64,000 bases of DNA from Haplodiscus bocki (lineage: Eukaryota), in contig OZ296654.1 in assembly GCA_965655095.1 (NCBI GenBank), positions 77,748,001 through 77,812,000 of the forward strand. Reading direction: 5' to 3'. The translations under genes were made by a program, and so were the position numbers. Shown here one piece after another: positions 50,601 to 63,329 of the stretch. How positions within the stretch are numbered: position 1 is the first letter of the stretch; each line of letters begins with the position of its first letter. The notes under the pieces were generated by a model. The model was not told where the DNA came from and did no database searches. It saw only the letters and a program-made list of their open reading frames with translations.

Positions 50601-51445
50601 ATGTAGTAAAAATGTCATTTTGGACGGAAATTTACTCCCGGAATACAAAAATGTCAAACTCTCAAGTGTGAAAAATGACAGCGACTTTGAAGTTTGATTT
50701 CCGTGTTAGCGAAACTATGAGAAAAATTGTCGCCACATTCATTTTTCCTTTCCACAAAATGCCATTATGTAACACGTACTTCTTCGATCAATTTCTATAA
50801 AACGTGCTTAGAGCTCCCTTTATTTTACGAAATTTTCACCTACGGAAGCACTTCCTACAATGAATTCTATCCATTTTTGTATCTGCAGGAAAACATTCCG
50901 CGAAGAATTTTCTCCGAAAAGGAAACTGACAATGTTGACTACCTCTTTGCATCGTACAATGTACTTACCGTCTATGAAACTTACGTTAGACATACTTCGA
51001 AATTTGCTCGAAAATTTGACAATCGGCCGTCTTCAAATGGTCGTCTAAATAGTTCGTTCATGAAAAAGCATTCAAATTTCTCTCTTTTTGTTTGGGGTGA
51101 AAGTTCAGGCAAACTGCAAGTCCCTTAAACAAAAAAAGTAATTTGAAGATAAAGTCCATGACATACCAGGGAGTACTTTTTTTTCAAATTTTCAATAGAC
51201 CAAGATGCAGTTCCAGAACACAACAACGAACTAACAGAGCATAATGTTAAAACTTTGGTCGCAAAACTTTGAAAATCTGTGTTATCTGTAGAAACCTTTT
51301 CGAAACATTATTTAAACAAACGTTTTTGTTTTTAGGGCGCACATAGACAGGCCGCTTACGCTTTAGAGGGTCCACTTTGATGCTAAGCCTGCGTAAATTA
51401 ATCATAAGGATCTTGTATTTGTATGCATCAAAGGAATATTAAATA
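47650..51445 (+). mobile_element. Decayed near full-length CR1/L2-group LINE (ORF1 plus endonuclease/RT)
   Basis: ORF1 47888..48319 (IEQYGRRDNV...ISVCHRLP...IIAEFVRR...INDNVT); endonuclease PTRITKSSQTLIDHV; RT KKAFDT (about 50220); AT-rich end near 51440. Confidence 0.85.
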
Positions 51446-51799
51446 ATCTTTTTGATTCAAAAGTCTCAACCTTCTGATTGTTTTAGTGCAGAAAACGAGT
51501 AGTGAATGTTTTTTTGAATAGGACGGAAAGAGTCATGATTCACATTATTCAGCGAAGTCCTTCTATTCATGATAAAGCTTTTGTGGCCTTTGGTTATTTT
51601 CTTTGCTATGTGTATAGTCCAACACAGAAAGTAACAGAACGAAATTCCAAGGTCAAAATTAGAATAGTATGAAAAAAAGAAATCTTAACTCCAACAGAAA
51701 GAAACAAGAAGTGGATGTTCCTCATTACTATATGCTTCCACCTGTGGACGTGGACATGACAAATAAGGTTTTATAATTAGCATTTTTTTCTTTATGAAT

Positions 51800-53470
51800 T
51801 CTTGAAAAAGCCGCCGGGGTTTCGGCGAGTTTCACAAATTCAAATCAAAATCCATTCGCAAGAATTCTGTTCTGTCCAGTTTCGTTCGGAAAGGCTCCAT
51901 GCGATTCCAATGAACTTTTCTGCAGGAGCTGTTCGTCCAAGGTCCAAGTCCCACCGGTTTTAGACGACATCGACTATGAAGCTCGCCCTGCACCGAAAAT
52001 TTTAATCTTCCACATCTTGCGTTCTCTCCAGTAGTACAATTTATTGTCTTCGTTCTGTTCTAAAGTTCGCCAGATGAGAATACACGTCGCTTTTCCCAGT
52101 TGCAAGACTACAGAGAACAACCGATCGTTCAGCATCTACGCGGATTATACATGCCATTGAATTAAATTGTCACATCTATGCTGATGATACCAAAAATGCA
52201 ATGTTCGTTGATGTCCAATTTTCGATCATTGAATGCAGAAACTATTATGCTTTATAATCAAGATTTACCGAAGACCGAATTCTATAAAACTCGTGGGATG
52301 TTCATTGATCGCACTTCGTTTTCTGAACTTGTTAACAGTGCTTATACAACTTGTTTTTTTTCATCTTCTCGGTAATTCTTGATCAGGCATCTAGTGAGCT
52401 GTCAACTGATGAAACTTTTAGCTATAGCGTTCGACATAATTTTTCTGGACTATTTCAGTTCTTCGATGCATGGGATTCAAGATTTCTTTTTGAAACTACA
52501 ATGACATCAGAATTGGGCTGCTCGTTTAACTTTTCTGGTTGATCAGTCCACTAATGCACGAACTGTTTTTTAGGTTCTACTCAGGCTAAGAGGTTTCAAC
52601 AGTTTCTGTTAATTAATCTTTTTGAATCTACAGCATGATGTTGGCCTAAATTAACATTTTAGCACAAAATGCGGTTCTGGGTTCTCTAGTTGGCTTGAAA
52701 ATTCTTTACTTCTTCAATCACCCACGACTACCCAAAGGTTCGTGGACAGAGCTTCTCAATCATCTGGTGCAGTTTTTTGGAAATTTTTACCTGAACCTAT
52801 CAAGTCTGAGAAGATTCTGAATGGTTTTGAACGAAAACTGAAAACTCATCTCCAGTGAATGATGGCTGCTTGGTGGTTCATGAATTGAAGGAGAATACAC
52901 TCTTTCAACCAATCAATCAATCACCTTGAAGTGTAATGCTACAAAGTTTTAGATTGACTCAATAGCTGTTTGTTTTTGCCCTTTTCAGTGACCCACTTCA
53001 ACGATTTCTTCCGCGATAACATGAAACTCGGCTTGCAGCAAATCAAAACACTCCGATGCAAAGAAAAGTGTTGAAGCTCTAGCAACTGTGTGTAAGTCAA
53101 GCAGCAGTTCATTTTTCCTGCACAGAAGAGGCAGGCGCTGGATGAAGGTTTGAATTCATGACTTTGGCTTTATCAACTTCCTTTTTCAAGTAGTACTTCG
53201 AACTGAACCTTCGAATTTTGATCGATCCAACACTTTTTACAAGTTTTATAGTTTTCGCCGTTTTTCCTCTAAGCCTGAAATTTTTAACGAGGAATCTTTG
53301 ACGTCTGTTTCTAACTCTGACTTCCCTGCCTGAGACGTTCCTGACGAGAAAAAGGATTTGGCTCATCATACCGCAAAAAATCGGACTTTTAAAATCGTGC
53401 TGCATCTTCTGAGGGATTATTCATTAACTTTGAAATTAGCTGTTAGCAGAGCAGTCGATTGGTCGACGAA
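51800..53470 (-). pseudogene. Heavily decayed coding remnant, possibly BEL/Pao gag
   Basis: Long stretches of coding-like sequence broken by stops (KFHQL, PTSFIEF, ERTQDV..NFRC); no unambiguous motif. Confidence 0.3.
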
Positions 53471-54194
53471 ATTATGCGAATACGTGATATCAAGAAGAAA
53501 AAATCTCCCAGAATTGGCGAGATGCGACCTTATGGTCCAATATTTGGAATTCACCTCATTTGATTTCAATCTCTGAAGTTTTTTACTTGGGAATAAACCA
53601 GAAGTTTGAACGATCTTTTTGCTTTTTTTGGTTTTTTCAAAAGGAACTGACTTTATTTGATACGTTCGAAAGCTTTCGAGAAGTCGAAGAAAACAAAAAG
53701 ATTGTTATTGTTAGCAGTTTCAAGGAAATCTTGAAAGCTCACCTGAGAATCAATTGAACCACAATGGATCTAGGGTGAACGAACACCGTATTAGAGCTGC
53801 ATGAAGTAAAAATATGAACATCTCAAGACTTTGGACATGATGTTCAATAGTGTAATTTATAAACATTGCAAGAATTTTTCTGCCCTCTACCTTTGAACGC
53901 TGGAGATACAATACTTGTTTTAGTTTGACGGGAACATTCGCAGTCAAAACCTTTTGCTGAACAGGCTTCCCTTGGATGAAAAAGTAGCATACCTAAGTCT
54001 TTTCAACAGAATGGTCGGATTCCCAGTGTTTTCGTTCAATTCAGATTTTGGATTCCAAGCGTGACTTCTGCCTCCATTAAATGACAGTAGTAAGAGAGTG
54101 AGCCGATCAGGTGTAGGGGGAGGGGGGTTTGAAGACCCTCCATTTTTTAGGATAGAGTATAGGCCCTAAATCCCGAGTTCAGTCTTCAACCTAT

Positions 54195-54480
54195 GCATTA
54201 CGATAGCCTACAGTTCGGCAATGTAATAAAATAGCAACGTATTAAGATAGGGCATAGTCCGGCAAGGTATTAAAGCAAGGTAAAGTTCGGCAATACATCA
54301 AGGTAGGGCATTGATCGGCAATGTATTAAAAAATGGTGTAGTTCGGCAATGTATCAAGATAAGGTATAGTTCGGTAATGTAATAAGATATGGTATACTTC
54401 GACAATGTCTTAAGATAGGGTAAAGTTCGGCAATATATTAAGGTAGGGTATAGTTCGGTAATGTATTAGGATAGAATATA
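54195..54480 (+). repeat. 28-bp minisatellite (about 10 copies; consensus AAGATAGGGTATAGTTCGGCAATGTATT) in the Maverick terminal region
   Basis: GTTCGG-like word recurs at 54257, 54285, 54313, 54341, 54369, 54397, 54425, 54453. Confidence 0.92.
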
Positions 54481-54835
54481 AAAGTTTAACAGGAAGATTT
54501 GATTTAAACGTAAAGAGGGTAGCAACTCGACTGTAGCAAAGGAAAAGAAATAAAGATTAAAAATATGTAGAAAGTGTTAACCATTACAATCTACCATATA
54601 CGGAGAGACCGAAAAAAAGTGAAGAACAGCCATGAAAGGAAACTCTCAGGAGCTCTCAATGACTTTTATCACGCCTGCAGATGTTGATTTCACATAATGC
54701 TATGTGAAAAGATTGTATCAAATTCTAAGAGAAACACTTGAAGAGTACAGAAAATTACAACAACATTGTATAACCTGCACGTTTATATTGGAAAGATTGC
54801 GATATTGCATATAGTTACTTATATTTTAAAGTAAT

Positions 54836-55195
54836 TTAATATCGTGAACTCCAGTTTTTTTCTTGTCGGAAATTCAAGATATTAAAAGCTGCATTTATCG
54901 TATAGTAACCAAAAACGCTCTGATGGGATTGTAGTGGCAGTGCTATCAACTGCTTGTACTGCTGCTTGAAGAAACAGTACATTTCACGACCCATAGAAAC
55001 TGCGAAAAATAATTTTTGACGTAAATTTCCAATCGTTATCCAATGCTCACCCATCAAAGTGTTGGGTTGCCTATTTATATTGCCAAAAGTCTCATTGGGT
55101 GGAATTGGAACATAGTCCGAGGGAAATGAACCAAGGTACGGATACCTATGTAGCGAGATACGACTAGTTATTTGCTTGAGAGGAACATTATCCCC
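54836..55195 (-). pseudogene. Maverick adenain-like cysteine protease
   Basis: YLGSFPSDYVP...INRQP...GEHWI...FFAVSMG...LQSHQSVFGYY; catalytic His retained, while Asp (DS to VS) and Cys (CG to FG) are substituted. Confidence 0.88.
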
Positions 55196-55196
55196 T

Positions 55197-56530
55197 TCAG
55201 ATTTTCTTTTCAACAACATCAAGTTTGTCAACTGCAACCAGAGATAATCATACCCTAATATAATGGGTTCAATGAGATGTTCAAGAAGTGAAAAAAAGGT
55301 TTAGCCCCAGTCTCAGTGGTTTTCCAACTAGTTCTTGGGAATGAAAGTTTTTCAGTAGCATCTAGCAATTAAGTCAACTCAAAGATTAGTGCATAAAGGT
55401 CTTCCAAAATAACAGTTGGAAATGAGGGGATATCATATTGAAAGTTCATTGCTTCCGTTGTCGTAACGTAAAAGCGACAATTATCCGCAGCATCAAAGTT
55501 TATTTTTGGGTGGCCATCTCTGAGTGTTCTAAGTTGTCTGAGATCAAATTGTTGAAATCAAAAAGGCTTTCCAGTGTACAATCAAGTGAATGCAGTGTTT
55601 GTATTCATTGTAATAGCATTCCAACGAAATGGAGCATTGGAAAAAATGTTTCTTGAATCAACTGGTTTTGTCTAGCGGGAATGATGAAAGTCTTTGCTAG
55701 AATCTCCAAATAGTTGAACTCTTCGAGAGAATATGCAAGCATGTCCCTTTTTTTTGCAAAACCACGAGTGTAAAGTGATGAATCACCAATCCGAAGACTA
55801 ATGTTGGCGTTGTTGTCAGTCGTGTTAGACTCTGGTCTGGCTCTGATTAGTTGTAGTCCAATTCTCATATTTGGATAAATTACTTCAGAAGTGGAAAAAA
55901 GTCATCACCCAGTTCAATATACAACATGAACACATCGCGTTTACAAAGCAATTTTCTTCGCCTTGTAAAAAAAGTTCATACTTCGGCGTTTGCATAGCTG
56001 CAGCAGGAAAATTCATCATAGTCTTATGCCATGCAGAGCAAAAGACCCTTTCATTCAGGGATGGTTCGCTTGAATTTATCGGATTTGTGAAACTTGTGCG
56101 CATAAAATCCATTTGAAGTATGAATTTGCTCTTTGTTGTTGAACACCTGAGCCTTAGAAAAAATTTAGTGTGAAACCTGCTTCACACGGGTAACGAGAGG
56201 AACGGTAGCCCCTTCGTCCTTCTTTGTGTTCTCATCCGCTTTTGTCTCTTCTTTGTGCTCATTTTCACCTTTTTGCTACTTTAAGTTTCGCAGAATTGAC
56301 CTGTTACAAATTTTAGTTTCAAAGTCAATTTCGTTTGTCTCAATTCAATGCAGTATTTTTGATCCGTTTGAAATTCAGATTCGTTGCAGTTTTCATCGAG
56401 TGAGTCTGTAGAGTCACTCTTTGTTTCGTGGGACGCCAAGACATCGTCAGCTACAGGGACGTTTGCTTCGAGATTTCCCAAAACTGCCACAAGAAGTTGG
56501 TACCGAAAGGTATTTGACACTGTTAGTGGG
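55197..56530 (-). pseudogene. Maverick major capsid protein (double jelly-roll), frameshifted
   Basis: SLDENCNESEFQTD...ELRQTKLTLKLKFV, IGLQLIRARP, ISLRIGDSSLYTR, KTFIIPARQNQLIQE fragments. Confidence 0.8.
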
Positions 56531-56886
56531 GATTTTCTGTAAAACATCTTTTCGCGAGCGACTGGTTTTTCCATAGACTTTGCTGGAATTGTTCTTCTTG
56601 GAGTCTTTTTTCTGCCACAATTACCCAAATTTTTGCTCAGAGTTTGTCTTCCCACACTCCTGATAGCTGTTTTGACATTTTTTCTCACACTAACAAAATC
56701 TTCAATTTCTGGCAGAGCAATTTCCGACAAGATAGCACCCACCGGTTCTGCAGCTAGTACAACATATTTTCGCAATGACGGAAAAGCGGTTTGCCCTAAA
56801 ACTTGTGCATTTGCACCAATCCCCCGTCCACGTTTTCAAACAATACTTCTGTAGAATGGAATCTCTACTTATCCTGAAGCAACCAT
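56531..56886 (-). pseudogene. Maverick small basic core-like (pVII-like) protein
   Basis: MVASG...KRGRGIGANAQVLGQTAFPSLRKYVVLAAEPVGAILSE...KNVKTAIRSVGRQTL; xRGxG motif; sits directly upstream of the capsid gene. Confidence 0.7.
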
Positions 56887-56899
56887 CTTGTAACGTCTT

Positions 56900-57040
56900 T
56901 TAAGTTAGAAGTGAATGAAAGTGAAACCTCCCTTTGCCTCTCCAGATTCAAAAGCTCCTGCGAAAAATGGGAAAGCCGAGTGTAAAACCTAGAAATAGCT
57001 ATGTAGATGCATTGGAAATGATTTTTGGTGTGTTTGCTTC
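56900..57040 (-). pseudogene. Minor capsid (penton) copy A, N-terminal stub only
   Basis: ISNAST.LF...TL...LNLERQREV, then an abrupt jump to the gene end. Confidence 0.55.
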
Positions 57041-57045
57041 CTTTT

Positions 57046-57915
57046 TTAAGTGACTTTAATCAACACTCTGATAAAATTAACTACTTTTAATCTCAGCCTG
57101 TTGATTTTATTTTGTTTATATTGGAAGTTCTTCGGAAGAAATTGCACCAATTATAAAAACAGCCGGCGGAAACTGACGCTCACAAAACTTTCTCAAATGA
57201 TGCGAACTCGGTCTGCAATCTTGAACTTAGGTTTTCTGAATTCTTGTGGTGGTTTGCTGTGCCGAATGGAGAAAAAGCCGGACGTCTTCAATTTCTTTAG
57301 TGTCAAGTCTATTGATGTTTTTTTTCTGGAATTGCGGGTTGTGCCGAATTGAGACAATTTGTGAAGGTACTTGTATCAATGATCTTCCATGTAACGGTAG
57401 AGAACTTCTTTGAAGGATCGTTTTGATCGTTCGGCAAATGCAGTCCTCGTCTCGCTCTTTTTAAAGTAAAGTTATAATCACTCCACACTTCAAACTTTCT
57501 TCAACGCTCCAGCAAATTTTGTCTTTTTGTCATCCCAAGTTTCCTAGAATCGATTTTTTGTGATAAGGTTTAATAATGCTCGAACAGTTTCTTTGGACTC
57601 TTTTGTTTTCAATATTTTTGCACCTGGGGTTTTATCAAACAGGTTTTGACGAAACAAGAAATATTTTACACCCTTATTATCTTTAGCTATTTTATCAACA
57701 TATGCCAGATCCATAGGCCAAATGTCATTTTCGAATCCAGAAAGGCCTTCAATCTATGGACTTCACGCGTGACAGAGTAAACTTTGTGTACAAAGGTTTT
57801 GATTATAAGAATTGTCTCACCATTGATACTAGTAGGTTGGTAGTTTTCACTAAATTATGCACAGACCCTTTTGCAGCACTAGCTTGCGTGTACAATCTTT
57901 GCTGCTTCTGATGTT
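57046..57915 (-). pseudogene. Maverick c-integrase (rve), copy A
   Basis: ENDIWPMDLAYVDKIAKDNKGVKYFLFRQNLFDKT, DSKETVRAL, TAFAERSKRSFKEVLYR. Confidence 0.88.
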
Positions 57916-58324
57916 CATATTTTAGAAAGGACCCAGTTACCTCTCACTTTGGCTCGGGCATTCTGATTCTCAACCAGATTTGGAGATAATGCCGCAGCGT
58001 CAAATAAAGTGAAACATTTGTCGGGAATGTCTGTCTCTTTTTGACGTATTTGTTGCGCAAACTCGGACAACAACACTCCGGAATCTACACTATCCAATAT
58101 TGAAGTCTGCCAAATTGCGAACCTGATACATGGACAAAACGTGGTTTTTTCAAGTGAAGAATTCAGTATCGCAAACAACTGTCAATTAGTTTTTTTAACG
58201 AGTCATTTTGGTACGTAGGAGTTTGGTCAATTTGATATTTCGGAAGTTGCTGCTTTGCAACAGACTGAGAACTCAAGTTTTTGATGTTGTACTCAAAAAC
58301 AAGGACGAGAACAATCTGCTCCAT
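57915..58324 (-). pseudogene. Maverick ORF X of unknown function, copy A
   Basis: MEQIVLV...VAKQQLPKY...LLSEFAQQIRQKETDIPD; homologous to 60370-60818. Confidence 0.7.
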
Positions 58325-58800
58325 GTCAAGACAAATGGTTATTGACAGGTGGAGTAACGACTTTCATGAGTAGTTGTAACCCCTTTTATGATGCCAGAAC
58401 GTACCTTCTTTGCGTCTAAGTGAAGCTTTTCGGAGAGACAAATGGCACTTGGTTTTGATTTTTTGTCAGGTGACGTCTTTTTATGCTCTGCAGATTTCCT
58501 TTGAGAAGATATACCTTACGTTCGTGCAGAAACCTGATAAACTTTTGTGAAAAGATTGAAGGTCAATTTTTTTGAGTTTGTGGGAAAGTGATTGGAACAC
58601 TTGGAGGATAGAGAGGTTTTGTATGTTCTTCGTCCACAAATTTTGATTGTTTCAGCTGGTCAGGGACATAAAATTTTGATGCTATGGATCCACTTTCTGC
58701 AAAATAACGTAACCTATCTTCTGAATACAGCGACATATCAAATGACAAATGACAGTGGGGAACAGAGGTTGCATCTCGACATCAGTCATCCAGCTGTAAT
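58325..58800 (-). pseudogene. Packaging ATPase C-terminal fragment, copy A
   Basis: RDATSVPHCHLSFDMSLYSEDRLRY...SKFYVPDQLK matches the C-terminal part of the ATPase copy at about 61000-61270. Confidence 0.75.
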
Positions 58801-58809
58801 CAAACAAAT

Positions 58810-59510
58810 TTTGATGAAACAAATCGTTGATAGTGACAAATCAACAGGGTATTTTTTCACCGCTCGGTTCTTTATGTCAAGGAGTAATTTCTGGTAACAA
58901 TTTTTCATTTTACTGAAGTCTGATAGTTCAAAAATAGTACAATTATTTAGATGTCCACAGTTTTGAACTTTGAAGCAAAGAGAAAACCACCCAGCAAGGG
59001 TGCGGTTGTGTCACCATCAGTATTATAATCAACCAGGTGTGTGTATCTTATGGGGGAGTGTTTGCGGCCACGGTCCTGAGCAAATTTTGCTTTGGGTTGA
59101 TTTTTTTTTATACCACCCCAATTTCCCTACCAACATTATAACTGAATGTTTTTTGAATCCCTCTCAAGAAACGCAACATCTGATTTTTCTTTTGCAAGGT
59201 AAATTCCAAATTTTTGGGTTGTTTGGAACGTTTTAACTGTGCTAAAACGTTCATTGTGATAGTGTCTCTCTCCAAAAAGCCTGTTTTTGGCTTGACAAGA
59301 GTCTCTAGTTGAAGAACGAAATTGGAAAGCTTTCATCAAAAACTATGAATTTCTCTCTGTAACATTTTGCTACATTGACAGGTACGTCCCATTGCACCTC
59401 CTCATTTAGTTGCTCCGACTTTAGTTTGTACAGGAGTTGAGTGTACTTTTTGAAACAAGCTTTCAAGAAGTTCGGGAAACAGTTCCATTTATTTAAGCAG
59501 TTCCACTGGA
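58810..59510 (-). pseudogene. Minor capsid (penton) copy B
   Basis: EQLNEEVQWDV, ERHYH, HLVDYNTDGDTTAPLL and SGEKIP fragments typical of Maverick minor capsid. Confidence 0.7.
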
Positions 59511-60365
59511 AAAAGACTTTGACCAACTTTTTCGGATGAATTTTTTACGTATTTTTAATTCGCTTTCAACCTTTGTTATTTTGGCAGTCTTTTAGAAGCA
59601 CTTGCAACAAATTCAAAGGCTTCCTGTGGGAATTGTGGCTGGTAACTTTTTCTCAAAAGTTAATTTTCCATGGAGACTTGATCTCAATCTCCACTTTTGT
59701 ACTTGGTTTCTTTGTTCTCTCAGTGGTTTGCTGTATAAGATGATGAAATGGACAAAAAGTGGGACTCTTTGACTTTGAGTTTGGTATCAAGTCTGTCGGA
59801 GCATTCCCATTAGATTTCAGTGCTGTGACATATTGAGTCGGTTTCTGAATTTACTTGTAATCCTAGTGTCTCTTGTATCAGTTGAGAATGATTTCTAAAA
59901 AAAGTAATGTACGTTCAGCAATTGCAGCCTTAGGCTCACACTTTGCAGAGTAAATTCCTTATCCCTCAGCCCTGAATTGTTTTTTCAGACGTTCTCGCAA
60001 ACCCTGTGCCCCTGTCAATCCAAATTTTTGGTCAATTCAGTTTCTGTTCTTTGTCAATAAAAAATGAAACAGTTTCTTTAGAAGTGTTTGTTTTCATTCT
60101 TTTTGCATCTAGACTTCTACTAAGTAAGTCTTCACGAACAACTGAAAAGTTTGCAAATTTGTTGTTTTGTGCTAGTTTGTAAGTATATGCCTGGCCCAAT
60201 TCCCAACTGTTTTTTTTTATTTCCAGCAAACGGCTTCTTTTTGTTGAATTTACGTATGGAAGAAACACGTTTCGGTTTTGAAATCTTTGGCTGCACTGAG
60301 AGTTTCAGCTCTGACAACGGTACATTACGTAATTTTCACGTGTTTGTGCCCTGAAGCAGAACCAG
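59510..60365 (-). pseudogene. Maverick c-integrase, copy B
   Basis: DAKRMKTNTSKETV, IWIDRGTGFA, PKAAIAERT, YSKPLRE, KSYQPQFPQEAFE. Confidence 0.8.
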
Positions 60366-60369
60366 CAAG

Positions 60370-60818
60370 ACTCTGTTTCTACACTCACTGCAACTTCCTG
60401 CTTTAATATTTGGAAAGGACTCATTTTTTTCTCATTTTTTCTAGGCTTTTTTGATTCAAAACCAGATTCTGATATATACCAGCAGGTCGAGTAAAGCAAA
60501 GTAAATGTCTGGAACATCTGTGTTTTTACAAGGCAATTGCTGAGCAAAGTCTGACAGCATAACTTCATTTTCCTCACCATCGTATAAAAGAGTCTGAACC
60601 GAATTAGAAAGCTTGACACGGGAACAAGATAAAATTTTGTCAACAGATGAGTCTTCTTCCGCAAATAGCGTTTTCTTTAGTTCCTTTTTAAGGCGATCAG
60701 TTCGGTACGTGGAATTTCGTTCAGCTTCAAAATATGGAAGCTTTTGCTTGGCAACTGTCTGAATAATCGAACATTTGTTGTTGTGAGCAGAAGTAGGGAC
60801 GAAAACAAAGTGCTCCAT
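60370..60818 (-). pseudogene. Maverick ORF X of unknown function, copy B
   Basis: MEHFVFVP...VAKQKLPYF...VDKILSCSRVKLSNS...LSDFAQQLPCKNTDVPD. Confidence 0.7.
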
Positions 60819-60819
60819 A

Positions 60820-61760
60820 TCGAGACAACTGGTTAAAGACGGGAAGATTATTGACTTTTTCGAGTCATAACCCTTTTTCGGATGCCAGGACGTCTCTTTT
60901 TTGCATCCAAATGAACCTTTCAGAAAGAACATTTTAATTTCGTTTTGAACGTTTGTCACTTGATGTCCTTTTTTGATTTGCAAGTCTCCTGTGAGAAAAT
61001 TTACTATGCATTCGCAGAAAAACTTGTCATATTTTTGGGCAAGACTGAAAAAAATGGGTTTCGCATTTGTGGGAAATTGTTTGGAACAGTTGGAGGTTTT
61101 TGAGATTTTGGGTTTGCATCATCCAAAAGTTTGGACTGTTTCATTCGGTCCGGGATAAAAACCTTTGAGGGAATGCATCCGGTGTTTGTACAATAACGTA
61201 ATCAATAGTCTGTTCGAGGCGACATGTCAAAAAAAAAATGACCGTAAGGAACAGATGTTGCGTCTCGATCCCAATCAACTAGCTCTGTTCCGAGTCCCAA
61301 TTGTGCTATGGTAACACAGCACGTGTTGAAAAGAAGAAGACAATGTGCGTGTTTTTGAGTTCAACTTCTCATCCATGTTTGCTTTGATGAAACAAGTTGT
61401 GCTCAAATTAAATAGTATTCAATCCACAATGTTTTCCAGCAGTAACAATATCCACAAACGCTTTTGAATTGAAAATCTTTTCACATGAATTGTCAAAGAT
61501 TACCAATTACTTTGTGCCGTTTTTTTCAACGAGTCCATATATTCAAAGTTTGCATTTTGAGCAAACTCGAGATTTTCAATCTTTTTGCATAACATCGGAA
61601 AATGGATGGGTGTGTTGATAACAAATATAGTTGTTTCGACATATGGTTGAAAGGTTTCAAGTTGAGACAATTGTAAAAAGGTTGTGATTTTCCCGTATCG
61701 GGCGGACAGACCAATGATGTAAAAATTTATCTGTACATAGCGCTGGTGAAAGTGAAATGA
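60820..61760 (-). pseudogene. Maverick FtsK/HerA-type DNA-packaging ATPase, copy B
   Basis: Walker A-like CPPDTGKS, Walker B-like LVIFDNS, TAGKH.G, HNLFHQSK, NTHIVFF. Confidence 0.88.
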
Positions 61761-62049
61761 ATTCTGTTGGACTAAACAAAAATGCAACCCAAACAGTTGA
61801 TTCGTCACAATTGTTTGGAAGGCAAAATCTACACAAGCAACCGAAGATAATCAACAAGAGAACAAAACGTTGGTATAAAAAATCAATACAAGATCGGGAA
61901 CAGGATTGTCTTTTAAAGGACAACAGTTGTCTCTCTTGATTGTTGTCATCAAAGACATTGTCTTTTTGATATATCAATTAGCTCATACGCTCAAATACTC
62001 AACAGTGAATCTCAGTTAAAGGTTTGAACTATTTTAGGAGATTCAATTA

Positions 62050-62542
62050 TGTAGATACTGATAATATATTTCACAATGCAAAACTTACAGCGTCACATGC
62101 TTCATTGTCCATTTACCAAGCAATTTTGCCCTCTGCTCCGTGAAGTGTGGTTTTATCTCTGACTGGTTAACTCGGGCAAATCCACTGTTCTTGAACTGTT
62201 TCTGCATGATCTTGGAACTTGGGACCGCCATGATCAACTTTTTTTTCCCACCCACTTACCCATCAAATTGCCAAAAGTTTTGCATTTGCGTGTTCCTTTT
62301 GCGAACTATTCATCTTTTACATCTCTAGGGAGAATGTTGGGAAAACCTTGAATGTAATCCAAACATCCACTGTTCCACAGAATTCTATGGAAGTTTCTTG
62401 AGCACCAAAAAGCTTGTTTTGGGGGTTTGTCTTTTTTTGGAGGACGAAACGAATATGCCAGATCTTTATTATCAAATAAAGTTCCTAATTGTTTGAAAAC
62501 CTTTGTATTTGGAAACTCATAATCTAGTAAAATGTAAGACAT
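62050..62542 (-). pseudogene. Maverick accessory ORF, DEDD exonuclease-like
   Basis: MSYILLDYE...FKQLG...FRPPK...WCSRNFHRILWNSGCLDY; resembles an exonuclease-like ORF of invertebrate Mavericks (recalled, not searched). Confidence 0.55.
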
Positions 62543-63329
62543 GCTGGTTAAAAACGACAGATTTGATAAAAAGAGGCAGAAGTGGTAGTCCAATCACGTG
62601 TCCAAATAATAATGAAAGTGGTTCTAGTTCAGTCATTTAGCTGCTGCTGGAGTTTTGTTACTTTGCACTCGCACTGCTCCAGCAGCATGATGTATTATCG
62701 CTTGTAGTCTAAAAAAATTGGAACGAGGAAATAGGAACTCCAAGTACGAGTCCTCATGAAAGATGGTTCCACCAATTTCAAACTTTTAGTCCAACTCACG
62801 TAAAGAGAGTCTAGCGCCCCAACAAAAACATGCACTTAGAAATAGGTTCTAGTGAACGAAATTGTGTTCGAATATCGCTTTTAATCCGGAGTGCAATCAA
62901 AATAAACAATTTTTTCATCCAGTACAGTGCACCGCTTGTTGTATTTGTCAATATAGCTCAATGGATAAATTCATTTTGCAAAAAACTTCTGGTTCTCTGT
63001 GAGTTTTGGACCAATTAATTCATCTTTCAGCTATATATTGCTTTGGTAAGGGTACACCAGAATATTTAACTTTCCTGTATCAGACATCAAGTTTGCATTA
63101 ACTTTTCTCCTACCATAATATACTGTCCATTATAGACACGAAAGTCCCATTTGGAACTCAGTCTTTCCAGCGTCTGCTAATTGTCGCATTTCAACTACAC
63201 TTAGTGTAAACTTTTGCGGAGATTTTTTTGTGGTTGTAAGTACAACAGAATAAAATGTCTTTTCTGATTTTAGCTTTAGCAAAAAGTCTCTATTACCTCC
63301 AATGTTTCAAATCATGCTGACGTGGGAAA

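Noticed and set aside
54195-54480. 28-bp repeat array as a CRISPR
   Set aside because: Units are contiguous with no unique spacers, no cas genes are present, and the context is eukaryotic.
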